A stretch of DNA of 64,000 nt from Bigelowiella natans CCMP2755 (lineage: Eukaryota > Protista > Cercozoa), in contig ADNK01000343.1 in NCBI GenBank assembly GCA_000320545.1, positions 1-64,000 of the forward strand, written 5' to 3'. The notes under the pieces are model-generated. The model worked only from the letters and a program-made list of their open reading frames with translations. It searched no databases and was not told the origin of the DNA. Made by a program: the position numbers and the translations under genes. Numbering within the stretch: position 1 is the first letter of the stretch; each line of letters begins with the position of its first letter. This document shows, piece by piece, positions 11,212 through 24,977 of the stretch.

Positions 11212-13493
11212 TTAATTATCCTTTCTGGGGATCCGTCTCTTCTTCTTCCTCCTTTTCTTGTTTCCATTTGTGTTCTGCTGATTTGGCATATAACAATTCG
11301 AGAAGGGGGACGAGGAAACATAAGATTGCGGCGCTTGGGGCACCATAGCAGGAATTGTTTTTTGCTTTTCCTTTCTCACTAGCTCTTCCATATTATGACC
11401 CTGCTCTTGGTAGTTATTCAGATTGGGCCTTGTTGGCATCGATAATGGTTGTTCCAGGGACTGTTGGATGAGCTTTTGCAAATACTATAGATATTTGTGA
11501 GTTATGTGCAATGAAAGCAGCGAAGATATTAGGCCATTTCATCACCCAGTGGTGCAACAGCGCATAATACTTATCATGCACAGAACTACAAATACACAAA
11601 CGTATGAAATTGGCTTTCGCCGAATATGAGAGCTCGTGATGCCCTAGATGATACGCTACTAGCTACATTATACCACAACACCACTATCCATTAATTTAAT
11701 TGTATAATATAATGAAATGTATAATCATAGGCAGGTTTGTAATGTCTTATTTAGGTTTCTGATAGTGTTATTGTGTGTATGTGAACGTCGCGAGCAACTA
11801 CCCTTTGGCAATACTTCTTAGCTGCCTTTCTCTCTGCATCTCCGAGCTTCATATCATCCACCTATGGGTATGGGAAAAAGGGAAAATAATTAAGGAGTAA
11901 TAAGCGACGGCGAAGATAATGATGCCGTGTGTAGCACAGCAAGCATTTTTCTTATTCTCTACTTCTTTTTGACTGTTTCATACTCGATATCATCTACGAT
12001 TCTCATCAACTTACATCAATATTTCTCAATATATTTAAATTATCATTACTTTTTTAAGGATAGCTGGTAAGGATCTCTGCAACTTATATACTTGCTCGAC
12101 TTGCAACAGGTCATGGAATTGATCCTCAATGCTTCGCTAATGATACGATATGGTGAGGTGATAGCTAAAGTGGAAGCATACGGTGGTTGTAATACATGTA
12201 ATGTATCGAAGGCTTGTAGGACTGATATACTCATTTAAAATAAATATTTCAGGATTATATTTAAAATAATATATAGTATACATATATATTCATATATACA
12301 TATGTACATATGTAGATATGCACTACATTTGAAAATATATAAACACACATTTACGCTTTGAACATAATGACTTAGATGGTAGCAATACATCGTCTCCAAA
12401 TATTAAACATCATATGAAAATTGTTGGTTTCAGTAAAAGACCTTTGTTTCAGCTGTGAGCTTGTTCTTGACACTCATGGCAGATGTTGGCCGCAGTACCT
12501 GTAAAATGTACATAAGATGAGAATCATGATGATGAATGGTGTGCAATCCTCAACTGATACTAGACAATCATCGTGTTGGTTGGTATAGTGTATTATTAAT
12601 GTGTAAGTGCTGATAAGAACTAGGGTAAATGGAAAATATGTTAAGCGTTCTTGGAAGTCGAACGGACCAACACCAATTGCTACGTACTTGTATGTCTGCA
12701 GCTGATTGTCGGCCACTCTGATCCTTTTTCTCATTTTCCTCTTGTTTCTCATATTCCTCCTTTCCCCCTGTATCCAAGCCCGTTTCTCTTGCAATACCGT
12801 CCAACTCTCTTTCCTTCTCTTCCTCTTCAAGCTGCTCGTCGTATCGAACATGCCTGACAAATATTGTTGTTGACAGATCATCGTCACTTGGATTTGCAAC
12901 ATGACTAATGGTACCTCCAACTTCCCTTACCCATAAACTAAATCAGAACTAGTATAGTAGGGCTGCACCTCGGCTGGGTGGTGCCATTCTTTAGGTGCTC
13001 CCTGGAATCCCTTGGTTCTCCCCACGTTTCCCTGTTTCTCTTTTTGCTTCTTATCTCCCCAAGTATATCATCTTCACTCTCCCAGTCCTCCTCCTTTCTG
13101 TTCCCCTTCATTACTATTATATTGTGCATTTTCGAGTAATGAGGTAATAAGTATACATTCTTCACTATACAACTCCATTCACCCCCAACTTGTGCAGCAA
13201 TACCGGGAGGGCAATACGCCAAATCAGCTTTATTGAACCTTGGAATACGAGAGGAGAGGAGAAGAAGAGGAGGGGAAGGGATACAATTTTGATTAAAATA
13301 ATAAATCCGTGAAATCACCAGGCTTAATAACACAGATACAACTCATGCACGCGCGCATGCATGGAGAGAATTTAGAGAGAGAATCTTCATTTATCCACCT
13401 TTTCCCTAGTTTCATACTCAGAAAGGCGAATAGCCGTTTATGATCGCCTTTTGGGTCCGGCTTCATTTTAGTATGAGCCAATAGCTTTTGCAT
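11212..13493 (-). CDS. Spliced hypothetical protein with a basic C-terminal tail (NLS-like KKRRKKKRR)
   Basis: Splice-bounded exons read RIPRFNKADLAYCPPGIAAQ, EVGGTISHVANPSDDDLSTTIFVRHVRYDEQLEEEEKERELD, VLRPTSAMSVKNKLTAETK, RSIEDQFHDLLQVEQVYKLQRSLPAILKK, VDDMKLGDAERKAAKKYCQR and YLQKLIQQSLEQ...PRKDN*. No family recognised; the start is uncertain. Confidence 0.55.
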
Positions 13494-14582
13494 TGCATGT
13501 ATCGCACTTAATATATTTGAAGCAGAAAAATAGAGAAGAGTTACAGCAGAGAAAAAGAGAGGGAATGGTTCCTCACTTCTCTCCTTTGAAGAATGTTTTC
13601 TTCGAAAATGAGCAGACAGAACAGCGAGGAAATCCGTATTTCCTTTCCAAAACCAAAATAACAATGGTGCAGGACGAAAACGATAATAATCGACGACAGG
13701 TTATGGTGAAAGGATGAGCCAGAATTGATTATGATGATGACGATGGCTGACGATGACTATTAACAGCTTCCGGTGTTTTCTTGTTTAGGGATATAGTAAA
13801 TGCTCGTGTAGTTTACATTATTATAGAAGTTGCTCTGTTTTATGTGCTGTTCCAAGCAGTGACTTGGGGATGACGACGACGACGATGACAACGACGACGA
13901 CGACGACCTTAATTGAGATGAGAACGAGGACGATGATGATGATGGTGACTGTTTTGCTAATGACGTACTTATATTCTCGGTTCACGATAACATCCTCCAA
14001 TCGTAATGCTTCAATTTCCTGGAAACTAGTCTTGTACAGTATCTCGATCCCCTACAAAGGTTATCACAATCTTGGCTTCTCCAAAAAAGAGAAGATACGA
14101 AAAAATGAAACATAGTCAGGGAGAGAATGGGGAGTAGACCATTAGATGACGCCCATTCTTTCTTAGACCGCTGAAAAAGGTATTTATGATTGATCTTGGG
14201 GATGAGGCTTGAGTTATCTCCTTTTTTCCTTCCTTCCTTTCCTCCTTCCTTCTTGTCAATGCACCTTAGTAGATCTAGTAGTAGTAGTAGTAGTAGTAGT
14301 TTCCCGAGAAGGTTTTTGTTGTTGTTGTTGTTGTTGTTGTGAATGAGTCTGGTGGATGTCATTCATCTACTAAGACAGAACAATTTATCTGACGCAGGTA
14401 AGTATCTCCGTTCATTTCAACCATACTTGTTATCCCGGTTTTTCATTTTCATCACAGAAATAAAAACGTTTCCAGGGAATGGAGGCTGGAGGTATTTCTT
14501 CTCATGTGGCTGCAGGGAGCCCACATTGAACGGGGAAGTCAGAACCAGCAATCAAGCTCATTTTGATTCAAAATAGAAAATT

Positions 14583-15770
14583 ATGAATTCTCCCGATAAC
14601 GATCCTGGATCTTCCCGAACTATGGAGTTGGGAAGGGGGGGAGGGGATGAGACGTTTCTCACTGGTGGTGGTATCGGAGGCATGGAACATCCTGACACAC
14701 GATTTCATAAGAAGGCCAACGATGTTGAAGATATGGAAAGGAAGTTACAGCAGCTAAAAAGTAATTATGGATTAAAAATACGTTCTTTGAAGGACAGGGA
14801 AGGCGAATTCATGGACCGGCAGCAGAAGACAATGGCCAACATCGATAAGTTCAAGACCTACATCTTCGACACCGACAAGAAAAGAAAGGCATTTGAGCGA
14901 CGCCTTGCTGAAAAAAAGAAACAGGGTAAAAAATTAGATGAAGAAATAGATGAGCTGAAAGAGCGTCTGCAGAAGATACAAATACTGAATGACCGACTGG
15001 ACACTTCACTGGATAACATTGCTTGCTATGAAGAGTACCTTGACGAAATTATCACCGAAGAGCCTAGCGTGTCAAATAAAGATGAGATGATCGCCAGGTA
15101 CCAACTCCTTGCTGAGACGAAGAGATTATCGGAAGATAAAGCCCGCACTACGGAAACGGATGTTCGACAAATCCAAAAAGAAACTGTATCCCTTGATAAG
15201 GTGAAACAAACTGATATTCTGTTGAAGAAAGATAGGGTTTCAAAGTTACGAGAAAGAATAGAAGAGGTGGCCTCGAAGACATCTAACTCTACGGAGGAGA
15301 TGGAGCAAAAGGACCTTAAGTATAAAAAAACATTGAGGGCAGTTACTGCAGTGCGTCATTCGATATTCAATCTACACATCCTTGCCCAAAACTCATACCC
15401 CGTTCCCAAGCATAAGGAACCCTTCAAGCTACCAAATGTTTCATTGCAAGGAAAAACTCAAAGAGAGAGAACAGATGCATTCCACCACCACATGCGAAAG
15501 CAACTGGCCACCGTGCAAGACAGATTGGCGGAGCTGAGAGAGATTGTCCCAAAGAGCATGATGGAACAAGATGACAGTTGTTTCTTGAGAATATCATCTG
15601 CTCCTACTTCAGGAAGCCGACACAGGAAAGGCCATGGGAGACAATCAATGAAGCAATCGGTGAATCGATCGATGAATCGTTCGATGGGAGGGATGTCGGC
15701 AATGCATGCAAACATGTCGCGGGGAAGTATGACCGTGATGGGATCCATGTCTAGATACGAAGCTGATTGA
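14583..15770 (+). CDS. Coiled-coil protein, CFAP73/CCDC42-like (DUF4200), probably flagellum-associated; single exon
   Basis: 395-aa ORF with heptad-rich coiled coil. LKDREGEFMDRQQKTMANIDKFKTYIFDTDKKR..AFERR, CYEEYLDEII and DEMIARYQLL resemble the DUF4200 pattern. Confidence 0.7.
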   Translation: MNSPDNDPGSSRTMELGRGGGDETFLTGGGIGGMEHPDTRFHKKANDVEDMERKLQQLKSNYGLKIRSLKDREGEFMDRQQKTMANIDKFKTYIFDTDKKRKAFERRLAEKKKQGKKLDEEIDELKERLQKIQILNDRLDTSLDNIACYEEYLDEIITEEPSVSNKDEMIARYQLLAETKRLSEDKARTTETDVRQIQKETVSLDKVKQTDILLKKDRVSKLRERIEEVASKTSNSTEEMEQKDLKYKKTLRAVTAVRHSIFNLHILAQNSYPVPKHKEPFKLPNVSLQGKTQRERTDAFHHHMRKQLATVQDRLAELREIVPKSMMEQDDSCFLRISSAPTSGSRHRKGHGRQSMKQSVNRSMNRSMGGMSAMHANMSRGSMTVMGSMSRYEAD

Positions 15771-15789
15771 TTCAGCGTAAGAAACTGTA

Positions 15790-16560
15790 AACTAAACACG
15801 GTTATAGTGTTAGTGTGTGCTACATTCATGTGCATGCGCATTTGCATCTGTTGTTGCATGAACCTGTGCGAACATCTGCGCTGCTGGCATGTCTCGGCTC
15901 CACGCTAGCACGTCTAGACGTGTTGCTGTGTTGGCTACATGTGTCATGGGCAAGACCATGGAAGAGCTGTACACGTTGTGAGTTCATGCACCTAGTTGCG
16001 ATCGTGGATGGTACCGTCCGCAGATCTGGAGACGCAGATGTCACAGTCAAGCTGCACCACAGTGCATGGCGGTGTGTCATCGCAAGATCGCAAGCTAGGA
16101 CCATCGTTGTCCACACACACGCTAGCACTGCTAGCACACCCCGTTCAAAGCCAGAAGTGTCACAAAAAGGCAGGGGTTCTCACCTTCAACAATGATGGTG
16201 TTTGTTTGATGCGATGCCAAGGTGTTGGGTGTGCCACCGACACTGCTCAGACTGGTCTAGTGGTGATGAAATGGCAATTGACAAAATGGACGCAACTGAA
16301 TGGACGCACAGTGGACAGTGGAGTCACCATGAAACAGGTGAGCGGGCAACAAGCAGCGTGCCGCCAGAGCGCACACGCACAGCGAGCAAGGTTCAAGACT
16401 CAAGGTTCGTGTTCATTCGACATGCCAACAACGTGATGATGGCGCTGCCTGTCAACAAGCTGGATGCGCATCAAAACCAAGGAATGATCGGACTCGCAAG
16501 AAGAGGGAGGGGATGGTCGTCGTTTAATGCACAATGAACGATGTCGCTAGATGGAAATTC
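15790..16560. other. TpA-depleted, CTAG-retaining intergenic island 3
   Basis: Between 16015 and 16523 (~510 bp) there are only 4 TA dinucleotides, all in CTAG. Confidence 0.88.
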
Positions 16561-16954
16561 TATGCATTTTTCTTTTTCAAAAGTTGTGATCATCGGAGCT
16601 CTGAGTCGTAGGTTCTTTACATCTTGTCTTATGGGGTAACAATATTTGTCGCTAAATGCAAATCACCTGCGTTTTTTGGCTAGAATGTTACGAAAATTGT
16701 CTTTCAGTGGCTGTCACATCAGTGAAAATTCAATAAATATCGCATCCCTCCCCCCAAATCAACAAAGATATTCATCTCCTAAGGCAGCTTGCCCTACCCA
16801 TATCGTTTGTGGGGGAGTTCTTAGATACGTACAATAGTAATACATTGTGTTGAATCTTCTCTCTTCAAACGGTTGGAAAATTCGACTCTCCTCCTCCTCC
16901 CACTGGATTGAGTGAGATTCTACTCACCCAGAATCATCCTTTTTCAATTTGAGT

Positions 16955-18010
16955 ATGGAGCCAGAAGATCCAGGGCTAAGTCGTGTGCCCTTAAGGGAGG
17001 TATTTGAGTTGCCAATCGATCAGGTTTGCACGTACACACTGCACGGGAACATCTTGATATTCCCGTGACTTTAACATGACATGGCATGGCAAACCGGTAA
17101 TATTATACGTATTTGACCTAGTCTCCCTGTATTTTCTATCTGTACTATCTTCATTAAGGCAATTGCGGATAATGCCGTCAAAGGATTTGATATGAAGGAG
17201 GCCAAGGTCAACCAATCAAATGCTTTTTCTGGTGACGAAACGGAATCTCATAGCAAGTTTATCTTTTCTTTTGTACCAAGGGATTTCTCCCTACGAGCAT
17301 TCGTCCCGAGCCAATGGCAACTATTCTTACAGACCAGATAGACACGGAGTTTCAACCAGAGGTGGTTTGTATTAGATTGAGAATGAAATGTATGCGACTA
17401 TAAGCTGTCCAGTTGAAACACTGCTGTCTGATGGCAACAGATGAAGACCGAAATTCGGGATGACATTGAACTGGTAAGAGTAGTTGTCTGTAATATACTT
17501 ACTACTAGTAGGGATGACATTCAAATGACAAGAGTAGTTGCCTGTATTAATATACTTACTAGTACTAGTACTACTAGTAGTAATCGTAGTGCGAAAGGGA
17601 AACTCTTGTGTATGGTATGTCATCAGGCAATAAATGATATCTGTCTGTTTGTTTACGCACTGAGCAGGCATGCAAGAACAGTGCACAGATAGAGAGCATG
17701 AAACGATATCACTTCATGAAAGAGGTGACTTGTTGGTCTTATTCGTCGACAAATCTGTATAACAATAATATTAAAATAAACTCTGATGGATTCCAGCAAT
17801 ATTTTACATCTCCGTATTCATGTATTATTTGTCGGATCAAGGTTCTCAAAGACGTCGTTGGATTATCAAAAAAGCTTAAAGAGAAGTAGGGAATCATCAA
17901 TTTAAATATTCAACAGACTAATCTCATGACTTCATATATCAAAATTTTTATACATTACATAATCATATAATGTATATGCAATGTATGTGTGGTAATTATA
18001 CATATATGTA

Positions 18011-18099
<89 letters not shown>

Positions 18100-18914
18100 G
18101 TATATATACGAGTGTGTATATTTAAAATGCATATTTGATAAATAATGTGAATATCATACATGTGCGCATGTATTTGGCTTCTAGTGTTTGTAGTATGGAT
18201 TATTACCCTTATTTGCTTTTCTACTACCATGCAAACTATAAAACTAGGACTGTGGAGAATCAAACGTCTGCCCAAAAGGTGACAGCCATTACCCTATCCA
18301 GTGGTATTTTCTCCCTTCGTTGTTTTATCTTAAATTTGTGAAGAAAGGTGATAAATGAGAACTGTTCATCGTCGTCATCATCTTCACATGATATGGAACA
18401 ATAACTAGATTCGTGGCAAGGGGCCGCAGATTGGTGCATCATCAAAGGCAACAATACAGATGTTAGTAAAATCCAACACCAAGGTATTCACTCAATATTG
18501 TAGCTTAATAACCTTTGGACGATGATGACTGCGTTATCATCGAACGAACTACTACTGTGGTGTGTGTTTGTGGACTATATGATGATGATGATGATGCACG
18601 CATACTTCACGTAATCTACATCGCCTTATTATTATTGTTATTATTATTATATCCACACTACTACTACTCCCAACACCACCCACCTTCTTTAATAATGGGG
18701 GCCTGAACAAACGCAACGCAGCTATTGGAAATGGCGCTACGTACTGGCAACTTCGAAGCACTCTCTGAGGTCATAAAATTATATAATTCAGATATTGCTT
18801 CATATGAAGACTGCGTGGGTTGAGAATCAACGTTTTCTTAGGTTTTGGGCGATATGACCGAAATCCTCTCCTCTTTTCCGGTGATGGTATTAAGGTTTGA
18901 TAAAGAAGCATATG

Positions 18915-18945
<31 letters not shown>

Positions 18946-19531
18946 TACAATACTACCCAATGCACCTCCATCAGCAGTAGCACGACTACCTTTAACACAA
19001 CTGCCACCACCGCTACCACCACCTCAATTGGTTTTATTGAACAGCGAGATCACTCATAATCTCAGTTAATACTAATTAGTTGTTCTTCCAATACTAATTA
19101 TTTTTGTCGATGTTACTTGTTAGTCGGAGTTCACTCTTTCCTCATTTGTTTGTGCTTATTTAGTCACGACAAGTACGACCGATCTACTTTCAAATACTCG
19201 AAGCCAGTCTTTCAGATGTAAGAACAATGGGGGGGGAACGGGAGTAAGGGTTAGGGTTAGCAGGAGGAGGAGGAGGGCATAATGCTATCCTCTTTTATTT
19301 CTGAATTATATTGAGGAGGAGGACCAAATTGTAGTAACAACTGTATGGCTACTACTTTTGTTGCTTCTTCTTTGTCCCCCTCTTCTTCCATGAAGGATGC
19401 CAAAACTCATCTCTGACAAGAGGGTTCCTCAAAAAATCAAAGCTCTTGCAGTCGAGGTCGTAGTTTTATATTGTAAATACATTAGTAGTAGTAGCAGCAG
19501 CAGCAGCAGCGGTAGTAGAAGTAGTAGTAGC

Positions 19532-19569
<38 letters not shown>

Positions 19570-21831
19570 CGCGTAAAAACAACAACAGGCCATTCGATAT
19601 TCACTCATTAATTGAAAATATTTGAAAGAATGATTTTTGTTAATAAGCTGAATGAGCCATCAATCAAAGGTTTTGGTCTCCCTTGCAATCTCACGTGGTT
19701 CTATAAATAACTTGCTTGAAGCTTTAACCCAGGGTCAGAGCATAGTTGGAACAGTGCGATATTTTCTACAACAAACAACTCTCAGAAAGAATCACTCCTT
19801 TCTATTTATCGATCTTTAATACATCTCAATCTCTGAATTTTGGAAATATTGGACATATATTATCATTAAATAGTATCAATACTGTTATGAATATAGATTT
19901 GTTACTTTGTTGTGTTATGTGTATCTTCCACCACGTCTCCAATATGAATCTCTAGGGGTATCATCGTCTTCATTGACAACAATGCCAGCATCCAGCAGCC
20001 TGACTAAATTGATAAAACGACTTCTCAGGCATATGGTGATGAGAGTTATTATGAACAAATGTCTGGATGATGATGACGACGATGATGATGATTATGATTA
20101 TCTTGTGTGAAATAGTAGTTAACATACATAGCAACCATGCCACAACAACTGATATATCATTAGGCAGTAGTAGTAGTATAATATCTAAGATATTAGCTGG
20201 CTAATGATAAAGACTACAATAGTTACTTGTTGATTTCTTCATAAACTGACTGTCATTCGGTCATTTCTAGGAGACTTTTACGTCTTTGAAATCTAACCAA
20301 GGTGATGATGATGATAATGATGATGGTGATAATAGAATATCTAACAATGATATACATATTATAATTTTTGGTCTCAATCGTCTCCTTTTGCAACTACTAC
20401 GCGCCCTCTCCCTCCAACAATATTGTATTGCTACTGTACTCGTCAATTTACTAGCTGCCAACCCTCTTCTTCCCCGGCTTCCTTTTCTCCCCGTCACAAC
20501 AATATATCCAGACACAACGACTTCGTTGCCTAACGTGGCTTCTAAAGTTTTGTCTTATTTTGAGAAGAAAGCTGGTGGTGGTGAGTTGTTCACGATTGGA
20601 CAGCTACTTGCTGTTGTCACATCATTGGTAGTAATAATAACAACAACACTTACTCTTTATAACAACATTTCAACAACTTTTCCAAACATGATCTATCTAT
20701 CTCCTTCGTTTGTTTGACTCATTTTTCATTTATCCCTCCTTCTTTCATATTGTGTTTGTGTGTTTGTGTGTGTTTGTGTGTGTTTGTGTGTGTGTGTTTA
20801 TGTGTGTTTATGTGTGTGTGTTTCAACAAATAATCAAAGTGTGCATCCGAGGCTGCGTTGCAGATGGAAAATAACAGAGAAACAGCTACGCCAAATGATA
20901 GCAAAGATTCGGTTGTATGTTTTATCTCAAATCTGGAAAAACATTTTCTCTTTTCTTTGTTATAAAGTCATTATTGCCAATGATATCTCCATATTTTAAT
21001 AAATGATGAAGAGTATGATGATATTTCTATTATCTTGTCGATCATATTTGATGTTTATTTATGATGGATCTTCTTCTTCTTCTCCTTATTATTATTATTA
21101 TTATTACTATAAGAAGAAGAAGAAGAAAGGGGAAGTTCCTGTTACTGACGGATTAGTCGGTTATTTCGACGGTGATTGCACTATAGATTCGACGTACTGG
21201 TAATAATAAACAATATTAGAATGATGACCCCAATGTATAATAATAGTATCCTTCCACATAATAAACAACAGATACTTGCTATCACTGCTCTACCCTGCTG
21301 CTGCTACTGCTACTGATACTGCTACTTCTGCTACTACCAATACTCCTACTAATACTACAACTACAACTCTTTTTTATCACCTTCACTCTTCAAAAACGAC
21401 AGATGTTGTTTAATAACTAACACCTATTACTACTACTATAAGGCGTGATAAATCGGGTCGAGGCAACCATGGGGTAAAGTACTCATCCTTACAGTTTCCT
21501 ATCAAGGTACTAATGATGAAGTTGGTGATGATGGTGGTACTTACTCTCGCACTTGCTCTATATTTATTTACGCTGTCGATCACCTCCATATAATAACCTG
21601 TAGTACTCTTTTCATTGTGATTGATGATGATGATGATTATTATGATGGTGATGATATGATTCTAAAACAAAAAATCTTGCTTTATTAGTCTACCCTAATT
21701 ATTTTCATTACTTTGGAACGTTATCTCCCCCTCTTTCACAGAAAAGTGATGCAAAAACTGGGATGAAGTGGGTGGAGATCAATAATGGGTAAAGAGTCGA
21801 CACCAACACAACAACCTCCACGATGTGATGA

Positions 21832-21865
<34 letters not shown>

Positions 21866-22079
21866 GGTAGTGGGGAACCACTTTGTTAGGCAATGATCTT
21901 CGTGATGAGTATGGTTACTAATGATCCCATTCTTATCATTATCATCATCATCATCATTGTTGTTGTTGTGGTTGTTGTCTTTTGTTATCAGAACTGGAGT
22001 TGTATTCAACAATTCCATACCTCGTACATATACTATTTTTCTCATCGATCGGTATTAAGAATAAAGAGAGGAGGAGGAA

Positions 22080-22117
<38 letters not shown>

Positions 22118-22299
22118 TGCTGATATCTACGACGCATACGAAGAATACATAAGATGATGATGATGATCATGGTGACACATGATGATGTTGTTATTCTTCA
22201 GATATAGTGGAACCGCCAATTGCCGGAGGACATTACAATCGGTACAACTGCTGCTGCTGCTGCCGCTGCTAGTTGCGGTGTCGTCCTTACTACTACTGT

Positions 22300-22331
<32 letters not shown>

Positions 22332-22436
22332 AGTTGCGGTTGTTCTTACTTGCATCATTTACATGATATCTTCTTCTTCTCCTCCTCCTACTACCAACTA
22401 CCTAACCCTATCACTTTACGCAACCCTATTATAATC

Positions 22437-22469
<33 letters not shown>

Positions 22470-23308
22470 TTACAGCGAGATCGTAATTGGAGTCTAGGAA
22501 AGTGGAATGGATACAACTACGCAAACCTTTTTTGTAATACTACTATTTTTAGTGCTAATAGTAGTAGTATTATGAAACGGCTCCTCCTCTATGATTTCTA
22601 TTGAAAATGATTATGCATTACATATTGTTTGTTTCTCCCATATCTAAAGAAGGAAGTGCTGCATATTTTTTCCTTTTCTTCTACTTCTTCTGTTATTGCA
22701 TATGGTTTCATGGTATAGCCATCGATCATAGAAGGGCAGCAGCAGCTTTGTGTATTATCGTAAATTAGAAGAAAATAAATAAATCATGGGTAAGATAGAA
22801 GGCTACATTACTGCCAACTTGAGCTAATGGTGGCTCTAATCCTTGAAAAGGAAGAAGAAGAAATACTAATTTGATAGGATAGTAGTAATAGGATAGTAGT
22901 AATAGTAATAGTAGTAGTAGCAGCAGTGGTAATAATAATTATTAAAACAAATCATTCTTAGCGAAGTCCAGCGGTACCTATACCAGCTACCAATCACGTC
23001 CGACCCCTGGGCAATGGGATCTTAGCGTGGCAAGAGGACAAGGAACAGGGGTAACTAGACTACTACTACTACATCGTCATTATCGTCATTTCTTTCACTA
23101 CATCAATGTCATCATCATCATCATCATCATCAATCGTCGTTATCACCGTCGGCAGATTAGTTAGTTAGTAGCATCATCTTTCACACACGTACACCCCTCC
23201 ATCTAGCAACTAGAATTATTAGTAATAGTTGATAAAACTACTATAGCTTTCTGACCACATGCAAGAGCGCCTCCTAACGTTGTTGTGCATTTCATTAGCT
23301 TTAGTTCA

Positions 23309-23341
<33 letters not shown>

Positions 23342-23560
23342 AATATGATTGTTATTGTTACTTTAGGGAAATATTATCTACCAGCTGAATGGACAAACTA
23401 AGGCACAGTTTGCTGCACCAGAGGTCAGTTAGTCATCAAATAGAAACAGGAAGAAGAAGAAGAGGAAGAAGAAGAAGGAAGAAGAGGGAATAGAAAGGAG
23501 TAGGCAGGACTAGTATATTGCATTGAATACTCATTGTTTCATTCTTTTTCTAGATACTTG

Positions 23561-23599
<39 letters not shown>

Positions 23600-23733
23600 A
23601 TATATGAATGCCATTTACATAAAATCGTAATGTCGTATGTTGCTCGTGTTGTATGTAGACGAGCACTCATGATACTCCTGGAAGGCTAGCATTCAACCAC
23701 GGAGGAATATACTCGAGCGAATACTCTTTCGCG

Positions 23734-23769
<36 letters not shown>

Positions 23770-24943
23770 ATTGGAACGCAATCACTCACTCACTCACCCA
23801 CCCATTGTTTTCTGATGATGGTTGCTCTACTACTACTAATACTAATACTAATAATACTACTAGTAGTAGTAGTAGTGCCAAATTTGTTGTCGTATGTTGT
23901 TGATGATGATGATGATGATGATGATGGTGATGATTGTGATGATGAGGGAAACAAATGGTGAGAAGATCCTCCTGCTCTTACTTCTCCTCCTCCTCTTGCT
24001 CATGCTGCTACTCCTGATGGTGATGGTGGTAGGAGTTAAGTGAGATCGATTTACATCAAGTTCTATGAATCATCTTTGTTTTGTTTGTACATTGATTGAA
24101 ATTATTAGCACATTGGCCTGCTTTTGACTTATAATCGGGCCTTAACCGATGAAGAAATGAATCAAGTACTGATAATAATAGCAATATTCTTCTCATGAGA
24201 ACCGTTGTTGTTGTGTATTATACGGTTAATGTTTTGGTTAAACTCTCCCCTCCCTCCCATCCTCCCTCCCTCCGTGAAATATTTACAACTGACTGCTAGC
24301 ATTATTAAATTCAAACAGCAATGGAATACTGCTGTCCTTAATCTTCTTCTTCTTCTTCTTCTTCCTTTTCTTTTATTACTAATATGTATGGTGCTATTAT
24401 TACTGAATTAAGGTCTCCCACTGGGCAGCAAAGAAATTCCGAATTAAATTATCGAAGGAGTTGAAGATAGCTTTGGATCAAAAGGATAATGCCAAGCAAG
24501 AAGTGGGAGGGGTACGGCGAGGAAGAAGAAGAAGAAGAAGAAGAAGAAGAAGAAGAGAAGAGAAAGAAAACAAAAGAAAATAAAGAGAGGAGGAGAATAG
24601 CGATGAAAGCACAATGATGATATCCTCTTTCTTACATTTAATAATTAATGTCTTGTTGTTGGTACTATAATCGATCACCAGGCGGTGCTGCATTCTCCTT
24701 TAACATATGATGTGACTTCGGTAAGTAAGTAAGTAAGTAAGTAAGTAGCAACCCTTTTGTAAAATAACAACAATTTACTCATTTGCTGCTGCTGCTAATA
24801 ACAACTACAATAATAATAATAGCAATAATAATAAACAATAATAATAATAATAATAATAATGCATGCTCCCGCTGCTCTCTGCTCCCACAACCACAAGCAG
24901 CAGTAAGTAGAAGTAGTATAACGATATAGTAAATAACTAGATT

Positions 24944-24977
<34 letters not shown>

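Noticed and set aside
18440-22540. Possible frequent GC-AG (non-canonical) introns in the micro-exon region
   Set aside because: Alternative nearby GT donors exist in the cases I checked. It cannot be decided without transcripts.
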